Positions 9,676 to 20,038 of a stretch of DNA of 64,000 bases are shown one piece after another. A program made the position numbers and the translations under genes. Position 1 is the stretch's first letter, and the number at the start of each line of letters is the position of its first letter. Under the pieces are notes generated by a model that saw only the letters and a list, made by a program, of their open reading frames with translations, ran no database searches and was not told where the DNA came from. Source of the stretch: Candidatus Bathyarchaeia archaeon. GTDB taxonomy: Archaea; Thermoproteota; Bathyarchaeia; Bathyarchaeales; Bathycorpusculaceae. The DNA lies in NCBI GenBank assembly GCA_038882475.1, contig JAVZOF010000002.1, forward strand, positions 9,781 through 73,780, written 5' to 3'.

Positions 9676-10425
9676 TTAAAGTTCACCCTCAGCCTCTTTC
9701 CACAAATAGTTAAAATAGTCTTTAGCTAAACCCGCTAAGCCTGGATGGTCAGACCATATGGCAGTGACTTCGCCCCTTTCGTCGCTGAAAAGCAGCAGGA
9801 CCTCATCGCCGTCTGATATGGCTCCGCCTCCAAACATTTTGGCTTTTCGTCTAACTTCGCCTACCTTTGAAAGGGTTCTGTAAACATTTTCATTCAATCC
9901 TTTCGAAACCATAAAGCGAACTTGCACCTTCTCACCGATAAAAGAGTGGAGAAGCTGGTAAGAGTCCAGTAGGAATTCCTCTTTGATGGATGGGAAGGCT
10001 ATTAGCAACTCTTGCCTGCAATTTTTAACCATTTCCTTAAACTTTGAAACAATGTTTAACAAGCCCCTCAAAATCCAAATATCATATTTTTCTCTGGTTT
10101 TAATCTTCTCATAGGAAGGCATCAGCTCGTCAGCTATTGCCTTCTCGATTTGTAGCCACTCGTTTTCTATGATGGTTTTCGTCGTTTTTAGGGCTGTTTC
10201 AGGAGATTTTGGGAAGTATTTACTGGGTCTTTTCCTAGTTACTTCTATCCATCCTTTCTTTTCTAAGCTGTTGAGGGTTTGGTAAACCTTCGAGTAAGGT
10301 ATTTGTGCTCCATAGCTTACCTGTTTGGCTGTTAAGGCGCCTTTCTCTAAAAGAACAAGGTAAGCGTTAACTTCATAGCCGGTTAGCCCAGTTTTTCTGA
10401 GAAGCATTTTGATTTTTGTGCTCAT
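9676..10425 (-). CDS. TrmB-family transcriptional regulator
   Basis: GLTGYEVNAY...IPYSKVYQTLNSLEKKGW wHTH plus C-terminal effector domain. Confidence 0.88.
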   Translation of the reverse strand: MSTKIKMLLRKTGLTGYEVNAYLVLLEKGALTAKQVSYGAQIPYSKVYQTLNSLEKKGWIEVTRKRPSKYFPKSPETALKTTKTIIENEWLQIEKAIADELMPSYEKIKTREKYDIWILRGLLNIVSKFKEMVKNCRQELLIAFPSIKEEFLLDSYQLLHSFIGEKVQVRFMVSKGLNENVYRTLSKVGEVRRKAKMFGGGAISDGDEVLLLFSDERGEVTAIWSDHPGLAGLAKDYFNYLWKEAEGEL

Positions 10426-10527
10426 GAAACTGAAATATACTTTTCACCCTATTAAAGTTATGGAAATTTTAATATAACCTCCCAGTCATAGCCAAAATCT
10501 ATCCATCAAACCCATACGTGAAGGAAT

Positions 10528-12057
10528 ATGTCAAAGGAACAAGAAGAAGGGAAGTTTGAAACCTATTCAACGAGCGTATGTCCAGAATGCCTAAACAAAA
10601 TTCCCATGAAAATTTACGAAGAAAACGGCGTAATTTTCCTTGAAAAAACATGTCCAAAACATGGAAAATTTGAAGACGTTTACTGGGGAGACGCTGAACT
10701 TTTCAAATGGTTTTACAGCGACTGGTATAACGCGAAATATACTGGAACCGGTTTAGAAAATCCCCACACAAAAACGGTTAAGGGATGCCCCTACGACTGC
10801 GGTTTATGCACACAACACAAATCCCACACAGTTTTAGGCATAATAGACATCACAAACAGATGCAATATGGCTTGCCCTGTCTGCTTCGCCTACGCCGGAG
10901 CAGTAAATTATGTTTACGAGCCAACGTATGAACAGATTGTAGACATGATTAAGCTTCTTAGAAGCAATAAGCCTTGGGCTTGCAATGCTCTTCAGTTCAG
11001 CGGTGGAGAACCCACAATAAGAAACGATTTGCCACAACTTATCGCAGAAGCAAAAAAGGCTGGAATAACCCATGTGGAAGTAAACACCAACGGGCTGCGC
11101 CTTGCAGAAGACTTAGACTACTTTAAAAAGCTTTTAGACGCCGGTTTGAGCACACTCTACTTGCAGTTTGACGGTTTAAGAGAGGAAATCTACAAGAAAA
11201 CAAGAGCAAGGACAGACCTTGTTCAAAAAAAGCAGAAAGTTTTAGAAAACGCCAGAAAAATAGGCTTAGACTCAATCGTTTTAGTGGTTACCCTTGCAAG
11301 GGGAGTAAATGACAAAGATTTAGGCGACATAGTACGCTATGCTGTCGAAAACCACGACGTTGTCAGATGCGTCAACATTCAACCCATCTCCATGGCTGGA
11401 AGAGCCCGAAAAGACGAAATGCGGAAAATGCGCATAACAGTGCCGGACACCATAAAACTGATAGAAGAACAGACAAACGGAAAAATCACGCGACAAGACT
11501 GGAGACCGGTCAACTGGCCTGTTCCAGTTTCCAAGGGAATGGAGATAGTGAAGAATAGAGCCTATCCAGAGTTTACAATGCATCCTATGTGTGGAGCTGC
11601 AACCTTCGTTGTTATTGAGGATGATGGTTCATACAAGCCTATAACACAGTATGTGGACGTTGACCGTTTTGCAGAAATCTTTTGGAACATCTACTACTCC
11701 GGCGTGAAGGGCAGGAGAACCATGGCGAAGATGAGGATGCTGGAGCTTTTGCCCATGGTTAAGTCGCCACTTGTCAGAGGCTTGCTAAAGGATGTCATAA
11801 TAAAGGGAAGTTACGAAGCGTTAGGAAGGCTTATGCGAAGAGTCGTCATGATTGGAATAATGCATTTCATGGACGTTTGGAACCTAGACCTAGACCGCGT
11901 TCAAAGATGCGTCATCCACTACGCAACACCAGACGGAAAGATTAGGCCCTTCTGCACATACAACAGCCTCCACCGAAACAATGTGGAAAAGCAATTCGCT
12001 ATGTCCGTCAGCGAATGGAGTGAAAAAACGGGAAAGAAACTGAACGAACCAGTCTGA
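10528..12057 (+). CDS. tes: Radical SAM tetraether lipid synthase (Tes/GDGT-MAS, MJ0619 family)
   Basis: N-terminal CPEC..CPKHG, GCPYDCGLC, CNMACPVC SAM motif, C-terminal HPMCG and RCVIHY..PFC; about 500 aa. Confidence 0.85.
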   Translation: MSKEQEEGKFETYSTSVCPECLNKIPMKIYEENGVIFLEKTCPKHGKFEDVYWGDAELFKWFYSDWYNAKYTGTGLENPHTKTVKGCPYDCGLCTQHKSHTVLGIIDITNRCNMACPVCFAYAGAVNYVYEPTYEQIVDMIKLLRSNKPWACNALQFSGGEPTIRNDLPQLIAEAKKAGITHVEVNTNGLRLAEDLDYFKKLLDAGLSTLYLQFDGLREEIYKKTRARTDLVQKKQKVLENARKIGLDSIVLVVTLARGVNDKDLGDIVRYAVENHDVVRCVNIQPISMAGRARKDEMRKMRITVPDTIKLIEEQTNGKITRQDWRPVNWPVPVSKGMEIVKNRAYPEFTMHPMCGAATFVVIEDDGSYKPITQYVDVDRFAEIFWNIYYSGVKGRRTMAKMRMLELLPMVKSPLVRGLLKDVIIKGSYEALGRLMRRVVMIGIMHFMDVWNLDLDRVQRCVIHYATPDGKIRPFCTYNSLHRNNVEKQFAMSVSEWSEKTGKKLNEPV

Positions 12058-12098
12058 AAAACAGTTAGGGCAGCAATAAAATAAAGAAGGAGAAAGGG

Positions 12099-13823
12099 CT
12101 AGGTTTTAGTCGCCATCTTCTTTAACTCTTCTTCACGTAAGACTCTTCTGAGAACCTTGCCAACAGCACTTAACGGTAGCTCTTTTCGAATTTCCAGTTC
12201 CCTAATCGCCTTGTAAGGCGCCACCTTCTCATTGACAAACTTCATAAGCTCTTCCTCAGTGGCGGTCATACCCTCCTTTAACACAACAAAAGCCTTTGGA
12301 ATTTCGCCAGAAACAGCATCTGGTTTGCCGATTACTCCACAAAGTTTTACGGCTGGATGCTCATAAAGAACATCTTCAAGCTCCCTTGGGTAGACGCTGT
12401 ACCCCTTATATTTAATGAGGTCTTTCTTGCGGTCTGTTATGTAAAAATAGCCATCCTCATCCATTTTCCCAATATCACCAGTGTAAAGCCAACCATTTCT
12501 AAGAACATCAGCGGTTTCCTCAGGCATTTTCCAGTAACCCTTCATCACTTGTGGACCTTTAACTATTAACTCGCCGATTTCGCCTGGAGGAAGTTCCTTC
12601 TCTCCTGTTTCTATATCAACGATTTTCGCATCTGTATCCGGCCATGGAATTCCTATAGAGCCAACTTTAACGGTTTTCATGGTTTTGTCAAGAGGATTGC
12701 AGTGGGTTACTGGCGAAGACTCCGTAAGTCCATAGCCTTCAACCAAAACGCCTCCAGTAACCTCCATAAACTTTTTCTGAACTTCCGGTGGAAGTGGCGC
12801 CGCTCCCGATATACAGAACTTTATTGACGTGCAGTCATATTTTTTGAGGTCTGGATGGGCTAGAAGCATGGCATACATTGTCGGCGCGCCACAAAACACG
12901 GTTACCCTATACTTCTGGATAACTTGAAAGACGCTCACTGGGTCGAAGCGGGGGAGCAGAACAATTCTTCCCGCGAAATAAATTGGTGCGTTCATGCCGG
13001 TTGTCATTCCATAAATATGGAAAAGCGGAAGTACGGCTAAGACGGTTTCTTCACCTTCGTTGGCTTGCAACCATTCATTGCACATGACAGCGTTTGAAAC
13101 TAGGTTCATGTGGGTGAGCATGGCTCCTTTTGCAATTCCAGTGGTTCCGCCAGTGTATTGAAGGGCAGCCAAATCCTCTTTTGGGTTAATTTCAACTTTC
13201 GGCGGTTTTGCCTCGTATTTTGCCATGAGTTCTGTGAAAAAGTAAAGGTTCGGTCTAGGCTCAACTTTGCGGAATGGAATTTTTTTCAGCAAAGAGCCCA
13301 GAACAGCCTTGAACCTTGGCATGTAATCCTTTAAGCTTGTTACGATGACATTTCGCAGCCGTGTTTTTTCCCAAACCTTTTCAACAATTGGGTACAACAA
13401 GTCCAGAACGACTATGGTTTCAGCTTCGGAATCGTTTAATTGGTGCTCAACCTCTCGCTCTTTATAGAGAGGGCTAATTGCTGTGACAATTGCACCTGCC
13501 TTTAAAGCGCCATAATATGAAATGATAAATTGTGGGACGTTTGGGAGGAAAACTGCAACTTTGTCTCCTTTTTTCACTCCAAAATCTACCAAAGCCGTCG
13601 CAAACTTGTCAGAAAGCACATCTAACTCTTTATAGGTTAATTCCCTGTCAAAGTAAACTATTGCTGTCTTATCAGGATATTTTTGGGCAGCGCTCCTTAA
13701 AAATTCGAAAAGCGGCACTTCGGGATAATCTATGTTTTTTCTAACACTTGCAGGCCAGAGTTTGTACCATGGCTTTTCGAGTCTTTCCTCCTTTTTAGCC
13801 TTCTTTCCCTTTTTAGCCGACAT
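12099..13823 (-). CDS. Long-chain fatty acid--CoA ligase
   Basis: YTGGTTGIAKG, EGYGLTE, WLYTGD, SAVGKVLRR. Confidence 0.92.
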   Translation of the reverse strand: MSAKKGKKAKKEERLEKPWYKLWPASVRKNIDYPEVPLFEFLRSAAQKYPDKTAIVYFDRELTYKELDVLSDKFATALVDFGVKKGDKVAVFLPNVPQFIISYYGALKAGAIVTAISPLYKEREVEHQLNDSEAETIVVLDLLYPIVEKVWEKTRLRNVIVTSLKDYMPRFKAVLGSLLKKIPFRKVEPRPNLYFFTELMAKYEAKPPKVEINPKEDLAALQYTGGTTGIAKGAMLTHMNLVSNAVMCNEWLQANEGEETVLAVLPLFHIYGMTTGMNAPIYFAGRIVLLPRFDPVSVFQVIQKYRVTVFCGAPTMYAMLLAHPDLKKYDCTSIKFCISGAAPLPPEVQKKFMEVTGGVLVEGYGLTESSPVTHCNPLDKTMKTVKVGSIGIPWPDTDAKIVDIETGEKELPPGEIGELIVKGPQVMKGYWKMPEETADVLRNGWLYTGDIGKMDEDGYFYITDRKKDLIKYKGYSVYPRELEDVLYEHPAVKLCGVIGKPDAVSGEIPKAFVVLKEGMTATEEELMKFVNEKVAPYKAIRELEIRKELPLSAVGKVLRRVLREEELKKMATKT

Positions 13824-13902
13824 ACTAAACCCTATTAAGGTATAAGCGGTGTTTGGAAGTAATAATACTTTCCATAAATACGCCTATGTGAAGGGTTTGG
13901 CT

Positions 13903-14334
13903 CTATTCTGGTTTAGTGAACTCGTATGTGGGGTTTCCTTCGGAAGTGGTTTTGGCTACAAGTTTGGCTTTCATGCCCACTTTAACTTCTGAAAGCTTGA
14001 AACCTGTTAGCCAAGCAAGCACTCTTACGCCTTCTTTAAGTCTTCCAATAGCAACGGTATAGGGCTTCTCTGGTTGAAATGTGGTTGGTCTAACAACGAC
14101 ATGGGTGAAAGTTTCGATGGTTGCCTCATTGCTGAGTTCAACCCACTCCATATCAGAAGCTAAGCATTCCGAACAGTCGGCAACGGGCGGAAAATACAGT
14201 TTTCCACATCTTTTACATTTCGTGGCTAAAACTTTTCCCTGTTTTAGGCTTTCCCAGAACTGCAACGTCTTACTTATCGGTATTTCTTGCACAATTTTTA
14301 TTTCTCTCGATTTTATGGATGGCATAGTCGCCAT
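13903..14334 (-). CDS. DUF35 (Zn-ribbon/OB-fold) thiolase partner protein
   Basis: CKRCGKLYFPPVADCSEC plus OB fold; adjacent to thiolase. Confidence 0.9.
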   Translation of the reverse strand: MATMPSIKSREIKIVQEIPISKTLQFWESLKQGKVLATKCKRCGKLYFPPVADCSECLASDMEWVELSNEATIETFTHVVVRPTTFQPEKPYTVAIGRLKEGVRVLAWLTGFKLSEVKVGMKAKLVAKTTSEGNPTYEFTKPE

Positions 14335-14338
14335 ACAC

Positions 14339-15511
14339 TCATCTCCTCAAGATTGTGACATAACAGTAATGCCCCGTCCCGCCGACGTTGTGGGCTAGGG
14401 CTACATAGTTTTTCATGGGTACTTGCCGGCTTTTTTCAATGGCTTCTTCTCTAAGCTGTTTTGTCAACTCATATATCATCGCGCATCCAGTTGTGCCTAT
14501 GGGGTGACCTTTTGCCTTTAAACCACCGTCAACGTTTACTGGAATTTTTCCACCGATTTCTGTTTGTCCTTCCCTTAACAGTTTGGCTCCTTCACCTTTT
14601 TCACATAGCCCAATGTCTTCGTAAGCCATTATTTCAGCTATGGTGAAACAGTCGTGGACCACTGCAACATCAAGCTGGTCAGGCGTTACCTTAGCCATTT
14701 TGTAAGCTTTTTGGGAAGCTTGAACGCTTGCCTCTAAACCAACATAATCTATGCGTTTACTCATGTTTGCAGTTCCAGAAGCAAACCCTACCCCCGCAAC
14801 CCATACTGGCGTGTCAACTTTCAGCTCTTTAACCTTCTCTTCTGAGGCGAGGATTATGGAGGTTGCTCCGTCGGACACGGGACAGCAGTCGAAAAGCTTC
14901 AAGGGTGCAGCAATAACCATAGAAGATAATACGTCGTCGACTGTTATTCGGTTTTGAAGATGTGCGATGGGATTCATTGAGGCGTATTTGTGGTTTTTAA
15001 CTGCAACCAAAGCCAAGTCTTCCTCTGTGGTTCCGTATTTTGTCATGTGGGCAGTTGCATACAACGCATAGTAGGCTGGAAAGGTTAAGCCGAAATTGTG
15101 GAATTCCCAGAGGTAGTATCCAGCCCTGCCAATCCACTCCATCATGGTTGGCGTGTCGATTTCCCTCATCTTTTCGATACCCAAAGCTGCTGCAATTTCG
15201 ACTTGCCCACTTGCCACAGCCCAGTAGGCTGTTGAAAATGCTGCACTTCCGCTTGCACATGCGGCTTCACAGCGCACAAGCCCCGCACCTGTTAGCCCAC
15301 AATATTCGGCTGAAACCACTGCTGGAAGAAGTTCCTCATACCATGCGCCCGCTCCAGTAGAGCCCACTGCAACATACTCTACTTCTTTCGGGGTTATTCC
15401 AGCATCTTCAACTGACGGCTTAAAAGCTTCGAAGGCTAATTCAGCCACGTTCACGTCGTTTCTCACACCGAATTTTGAGCATCCAACACCTATTATTGCC
15501 ACTTTTTTCAT
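14339..15511 (-). CDS. Thiolase (archaeal acetyl-CoA C-acyltransferase)
   Basis: EAACASG, HDCFT, GHPIGTTG, HNVGG. Confidence 0.93.
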   Translation of the reverse strand: MKKVAIIGVGCSKFGVRNDVNVAELAFEAFKPSVEDAGITPKEVEYVAVGSTGAGAWYEELLPAVVSAEYCGLTGAGLVRCEAACASGSAAFSTAYWAVASGQVEIAAALGIEKMREIDTPTMMEWIGRAGYYLWEFHNFGLTFPAYYALYATAHMTKYGTTEEDLALVAVKNHKYASMNPIAHLQNRITVDDVLSSMVIAAPLKLFDCCPVSDGATSIILASEEKVKELKVDTPVWVAGVGFASGTANMSKRIDYVGLEASVQASQKAYKMAKVTPDQLDVAVVHDCFTIAEIMAYEDIGLCEKGEGAKLLREGQTEIGGKIPVNVDGGLKAKGHPIGTTGCAMIYELTKQLREEAIEKSRQVPMKNYVALAHNVGGTGHYCYVTILRR

Positions 15512-15565
15512 TACATCACCATACTGCAGTTATTAACGATTAAAAAAGGGATTATGGGATAGTTG

Positions 15566-16354
15566 TTATTTTCCTTTGAATTCAGCTTTTCGCCTTGACA
15601 TAAAGGCTTCTACGCCTTCTTTTAGGTCTTCTGTGGAGAAGGTTAATGCCATAAGCCCAGACTCTATGCGCAAACCGGCTTCCAGCGGCACTTGTGTTCC
15701 AAAGTTTAAGGCATACTTCGCATATTTCAGCGCTACTGGTGGACCTTCGCTTAGTTTTTTGGCTAATTCGCGAGTCTCGTCTCTGAGTTTTTCATAGTGT
15801 ACAACCCTGTGAACCAAGCCTATTTTTAGGGCTTCTTCAGCCTTAAGTCTGGTTCCAAGCATAACCATTTCTTTAGCTCGCGCCAACCCAACGATTCTGA
15901 CAAGCCTTTGAGTGCCGCCCCATCCTGGTATCAGCCCTAGGTTTATTTCTGGACTTCCGAGTTCTGCGTGTTCTGCGGCTATTCTGAAGTCGCATGCAAG
16001 CGCCAGTTCTAAGCCTCCGCCTAGGGCGAAACCATTTATCGCAGCTATAACTGGTTTTGACATTTCCTCTATTTTGCTGAAAACTTTCTGTCCCATCCTT
16101 GAGAATTCTTCGGCTTTAACTGGTGTCGCCTTAGGAAACATTGTTACGTCTGCGCCTGCGCTGAAAGCTCTGTCGCCTTCGCCTGTTATTACAACACATT
16201 TCACCGACGGGTCTTTTTCAGCAGTGTCTAAGGCGTCTGCAAGCTCTTCCATTAAGACGTCGTTGAAGGCATTTAGTCTATGCGGCCTATTGAGGATTAT
16301 CCATAGAACGCTTTCTTCCCTTTCCACTTTCACGGTTTCGTATACTTTACTCAT
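15566..16354 (-). CDS. Enoyl-CoA hydratase (crotonase)
   Basis: FSAGAD, ALGGGLELALACD, PEINLGLIPGWGGTQRL. Confidence 0.93.
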   Translation of the reverse strand: MSKVYETVKVEREESVLWIILNRPHRLNAFNDVLMEELADALDTAEKDPSVKCVVITGEGDRAFSAGADVTMFPKATPVKAEEFSRMGQKVFSKIEEMSKPVIAAINGFALGGGLELALACDFRIAAEHAELGSPEINLGLIPGWGGTQRLVRIVGLARAKEMVMLGTRLKAEEALKIGLVHRVVHYEKLRDETRELAKKLSEGPPVALKYAKYALNFGTQVPLEAGLRIESGLMALTFSTEDLKEGVEAFMSRRKAEFKGK

Positions 16355-16406
16355 AAACACCACCACACCATGTTTTGCAGCACAGTCTATATTACTTTTG
16401 GGAAAT

Positions 16407-17561
16407 TCAGAACTTTCGCAAAAGATATTTGAGAACTGTAAGTTTCTGGATTTCGCTTGTGCCCTCGTAGATTTCAGTTATTTTCGCGTCTCTGTGATAC
16501 CTTTCAACACGGTATTCGCCTAAATAGCCATAACCGCCTAGGGTTTGGATAGCGAAGTCTGTGGCTTCCATCGCCATGCGGCTCGCATACTGCTTTGCCA
16601 TAGCCGTTGCCATGGGATCCATTTTTCCAACGTCGATAAGCCATGCAGCCTTATAGGTTAAAAGCCTTGCAGCTTCGATTTTTGTGGCTAATTCTGCCAG
16701 TGTGCAGCCTATGGCTTCGTGCTGTATTATGGGTTGTCCGAAGGCTTCTCTCTGTTTTGAGTATTTGAAGGCTATTTCCCATGCGCCTTGAGCCATGCCA
16801 ACGGCTTGGGCTGCCACGCCGACTCTTGTTTTGTCGAAGAACTCCATTGAATGGTAGAAGCCTCTGTTAAGCTCGCCCACAATGTTCCAGTCTGTAACCT
16901 TAACATTGTCAAATCTAACTTCGCCTGTCACTGAACACCTTATCCCCATTTTGTTGTGAAGTTTTGTTGTGTCTAGTCCTTGAGTGCCCCTGTCTACCAC
17001 GAACAGTGTTTCTCCTCTATATGTTGGTCTAACCTTTGTGTCCGTCTGCGTTAAAACTACAAAGAAATCTGCAATTGTGGCGTTTGTGATGAAGGTTTTT
17101 GTGCCGTTTATCCACCATTCATTTCCATATTTTGTGGCAGTTGTTTCCATGCGGGTTATGTCGCTTCCGCTAACGTTTGGCTCTGTAAAAGCTGCCGCGG
17201 AAATATAGTCGCCTCTGCAGATTGGCGGCAAATATTTTTCCTTCTGCTCTTTAGTGCCGTGAACAAGTATTAATTCGCTTCCAAAGTTTCCGCTTGAAAT
17301 TGCCACGCCAAGCGATGAGTCTGCTCTGCACATTTCCTCGATTATAAGGCATGTTTCCAGAAGCCCGTAACCTTGACCGCCATATTCTTGGGGGAAGAAC
17401 ATGCTTGTGAAGCCCAATTTGGCAGCTTTCTTGTAAAGCTCCATTGGAAACTCTTCTTTGCGGTCAAGCTCCAATGCTAGTTCTGGTTTGAATTCCTTGT
17501 CGCAGAACTCCCTCACCGCGTTTTTTATTCCAATCTGCTCCTCGGTTAGTTCAAACTTCAT
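16407..17561 (-). CDS. Acyl-CoA dehydrogenase
   Basis: FTEP..GSD, NGTKTFITN, REAFG, GGYGY, IYEGTSEIQ. Confidence 0.94.
   Translation of the reverse strand: MKFELTEEQIGIKNAVREFCDKEFKPELALELDRKEEFPMELYKKAAKLGFTSMFFPQEYGGQGYGLLETCLIIEEMCRADSSLGVAISSGNFGSELILVHGTKEQKEKYLPPICRGDYISAAAFTEPNVSGSDITRMETTATKYGNEWWINGTKTFITNATIADFFVVLTQTDTKVRPTYRGETLFVVDRGTQGLDTTKLHNKMGIRCSVTGEVRFDNVKVTDWNIVGELNRGFYHSMEFFDKTRVGVAAQAVGMAQGAWEIAFKYSKQREAFGQPIIQHEAIGCTLAELATKIEAARLLTYKAAWLIDVGKMDPMATAMAKQYASRMAMEATDFAIQTLGGYGYLGEYRVERYHRDAKITEIYEGTSEIQKLTVLKYLLRKF
17400..17459. repeat. 60-nt tract repeated at 19857..19916 with one mismatch
   Basis: catgcttgt(g/a)aagcccaatttggcagctttcttgtaaagctccattggaaactcttcttt in both acyl-CoA dehydrogenase genes. 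Confidence 0.85.
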
Positions 17562-18746
17562 TTAGTAGAACCCCCTTCCAGTTTTTTTACCCAACCAACC
17601 TTTATTGACGTATTCTTCTAAAAGCGGGCAAGGCTTATACATTTCCATGTTATATTTGGCGTAAAGTTCCTTTAGCTTCTTAAGGACAACATCTATGCCA
17701 GTTCTATCTGCGTATTCACATGGCCCGGAAGGCCAGTAGGTGCCAAGTTTCATTCCAGTGTCTATGTCAGCTGGGCTTGCCGCATCCTCATATACGAGCC
17801 ATGCAGCCTCGTTTACGGCTACAGCCCAAGATCTTTCCACGTCATATTCTTCAAGCATGTTAAAGGGGATTCTTGGTCTTCCTTTAGTCCAGTCGTAAAA
17901 GCCGACGCCTGTTTTTTGTCCAAGCTTCCGCTCTTTTACTAACGGTTCAATGACTCCCGCGCATGGTTTGAAACGTTCGCCGTAAGCATCGTAGAGGATT
18001 TTTCCAACTTCGTAGGCTATGTCAAGTCCAACAAAGTCGGCTAGTTCAAACCATCCCATTGGAAAACCGCCACTGTATTTTACTGAGGCGTCTATGCCTT
18101 CTTTTGTTGCCTCGCCTCTGTGATAAGCCCAAAACGCTTCGTTGAAGACTGCGCCAAGCACTCTGTTAACTATGAAGCCCCGCACATCTTTTCTTACAAC
18201 TACTGGCGTTTTTCCAAGTTTTTTAGCTAGTTCCACGAGAGTGTTTATTGTTTCTTGGCTTGTTTTTTCGCCTTTAATAACTTCAACCAGAGCCATCAGC
18301 TGCGGTGGGTTGAAGAAGTGCATCCCAGCCACTTTGTCTGGGCGGTTTGTGGCATTGCCCATCTCTGTTATGCTCAAAGTTGAGGTGTTAGAAGCCAAAA
18401 TGGCATGCGGAGGCGCAACATTATCCAGTTTAGCGAAAACTTGCTTTTTCAGGTCCATGTTTTCCGGAACCGCTTCAATGGCGAGGTCTATGTCTTCTGC
18501 TGCGTGCTCATAGCTCGTTGTTGTGCTTATTCGTGCAAGTGCAGCTTCAGCATCCTCTTGTCTTATGCGTTTCTTTTCCGTGAACTTGCCTAGGCTCCAC
18601 TTGATTTTTTCCAAGGCTTTTTGGAGAAGCTCATCGTTTATATCCACCATTGTCACGTGGTATCCATTCATTGCCAACAACTGCGTGATTCCATGCCCCA
18701 TTGCTCCAGAACCAATAACCGCCGCTCTTTTCAATTTTTCAACCAA
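17562..18746 (-). CDS. 3-hydroxyacyl-CoA dehydrogenase (duplicated C-terminal domain)
   Basis: GSGAMG Rossmann motif, SNTS, HFFNP, GFIVNR. Confidence 0.93.
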   Translation of the reverse strand: MVEKLKRAAVIGSGAMGHGITQLLAMNGYHVTMVDINDELLQKALEKIKWSLGKFTEKKRIRQEDAEAALARISTTTSYEHAAEDIDLAIEAVPENMDLKKQVFAKLDNVAPPHAILASNTSTLSITEMGNATNRPDKVAGMHFFNPPQLMALVEVIKGEKTSQETINTLVELAKKLGKTPVVVRKDVRGFIVNRVLGAVFNEAFWAYHRGEATKEGIDASVKYSGGFPMGWFELADFVGLDIAYEVGKILYDAYGERFKPCAGVIEPLVKERKLGQKTGVGFYDWTKGRPRIPFNMLEEYDVERSWAVAVNEAAWLVYEDAASPADIDTGMKLGTYWPSGPCEYADRTGIDVVLKKLKELYAKYNMEMYKPCPLLEEYVNKGWLGKKTGRGFY

Positions 18747-18869
18747 ACAAATTCCTCCCTAACATAGAATAGATGAATAAGGGAGCTGATGTAATAAAAT
18801 TTTTGAGAATTTAGTGCTATTTCCATGCAATTTTTTGGATTAAAAAGTTTAAAGGAAAATGGGTGTTGG

Positions 18870-20018
18870 CTATTTCGCCAAGAAATTGACGATCGTCAGT
18901 TTTTGAATTTCGCTTGTTCCCTCGTAAATTTCAGTTATTTTTGCACATCTATGGAACCGTTCCACATGATAGTCTGCCAAATAGCCATATCCGCCGAAAA
19001 TCTGTATGGCTTCGTCTGTAACCTCCATTGCAATACGGCTTGCATAGGCTTTAGCCATTGAAGTGGCAGCTGGACTGGGCTTTTCATGGTCATAGATCCA
19101 AGCCGCCTTATACGTCAGCAAACGGGCAGTTTCAATTTTGATTGCCATTTCAGCCAGTTTGAAGGAAACTCCTTGAAAGTTTACTATTGGCTGTCCAAAC
19201 TGTTTACGTGTTTTTGCATAGGCAAGTGCCTTTTCAAAGGCGCCTTGAGCCATGCCAACGGCTTGGGCTGCAACTGTTATTCGTGTTCCATCAAAAAGTT
19301 CGAGTGCATAATAAAAGCCCTTGTTAAGTTCGCCTACCAGATTTGTTTCTGGCACGTGGAGGTCATTTAGTGCCAACGAGCCAGTAACGCAAGGTTTTAT
19401 GCCCATTTTTCCATGAAGCTTTGTCGTTTCCAAGCCCGGCATGCCCTTCTCTACCAAGAATAAGCTTTGTCCGCGGTGGGGTGGCGTAGCATTGGGGTCT
19501 GTTTGGCATAGAATTATGAAGGTGTCGGCTATTGGAGCATTTGTTATGAACTGTTTTGAACCGTTTATAATCCATTCGTTGCTGTTTTTGACGGCGGTTG
19601 TGTCTAGGCGGGTTATGTCGCTTCCGTGTTCAGGTTCAGTGAAGGCGGCAGCCGCAATTTTTTCACCTCTAGCAAGCGGTGGAATATATTTTTCCTTCTG
19701 TTCTTCGGTGCCATGTTTTAGCAAAACGTCGGGAACCATCAGGTTTCCAAGGGAAACAGCCACTCCCAGTCCAGGGTCAACACGGCAGAATTCTTCAACT
19801 ACTAAGCATTCTTCCAGGACGCCGTAGCCCTGCCCGTCATATTCTTGTGGTATGCGCATGCTTGTAAAGCCCAATTTGGCAGCTTTCTTGTAAAGCTCCA
19901 TTGGAAACTCTTCTTTCTGGTCGTATTCCAATGCAAGTTCTGGTGTGAATTCTTTTTCTGCAAACTCGCGTGCCGCCCGTTTTATTTCAACTTGTTCATC
20001 AGTTAATTTAAAATCCAT
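18870..20018 (-). CDS. Acyl-CoA dehydrogenase (paralog of 16407..17561)
   Basis: FTEPEHGSD, RKQFG, IYEGTSEIQ. Confidence 0.94.
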   Translation of the reverse strand: MDFKLTDEQVEIKRAAREFAEKEFTPELALEYDQKEEFPMELYKKAAKLGFTSMRIPQEYDGQGYGVLEECLVVEEFCRVDPGLGVAVSLGNLMVPDVLLKHGTEEQKEKYIPPLARGEKIAAAAFTEPEHGSDITRLDTTAVKNSNEWIINGSKQFITNAPIADTFIILCQTDPNATPPHRGQSLFLVEKGMPGLETTKLHGKMGIKPCVTGSLALNDLHVPETNLVGELNKGFYYALELFDGTRITVAAQAVGMAQGAFEKALAYAKTRKQFGQPIVNFQGVSFKLAEMAIKIETARLLTYKAAWIYDHEKPSPAATSMAKAYASRIAMEVTDEAIQIFGGYGYLADYHVERFHRCAKITEIYEGTSEIQKLTIVNFLAK

Positions 20019-20038
20019 TTTAATTCCCTCACTTTGAA

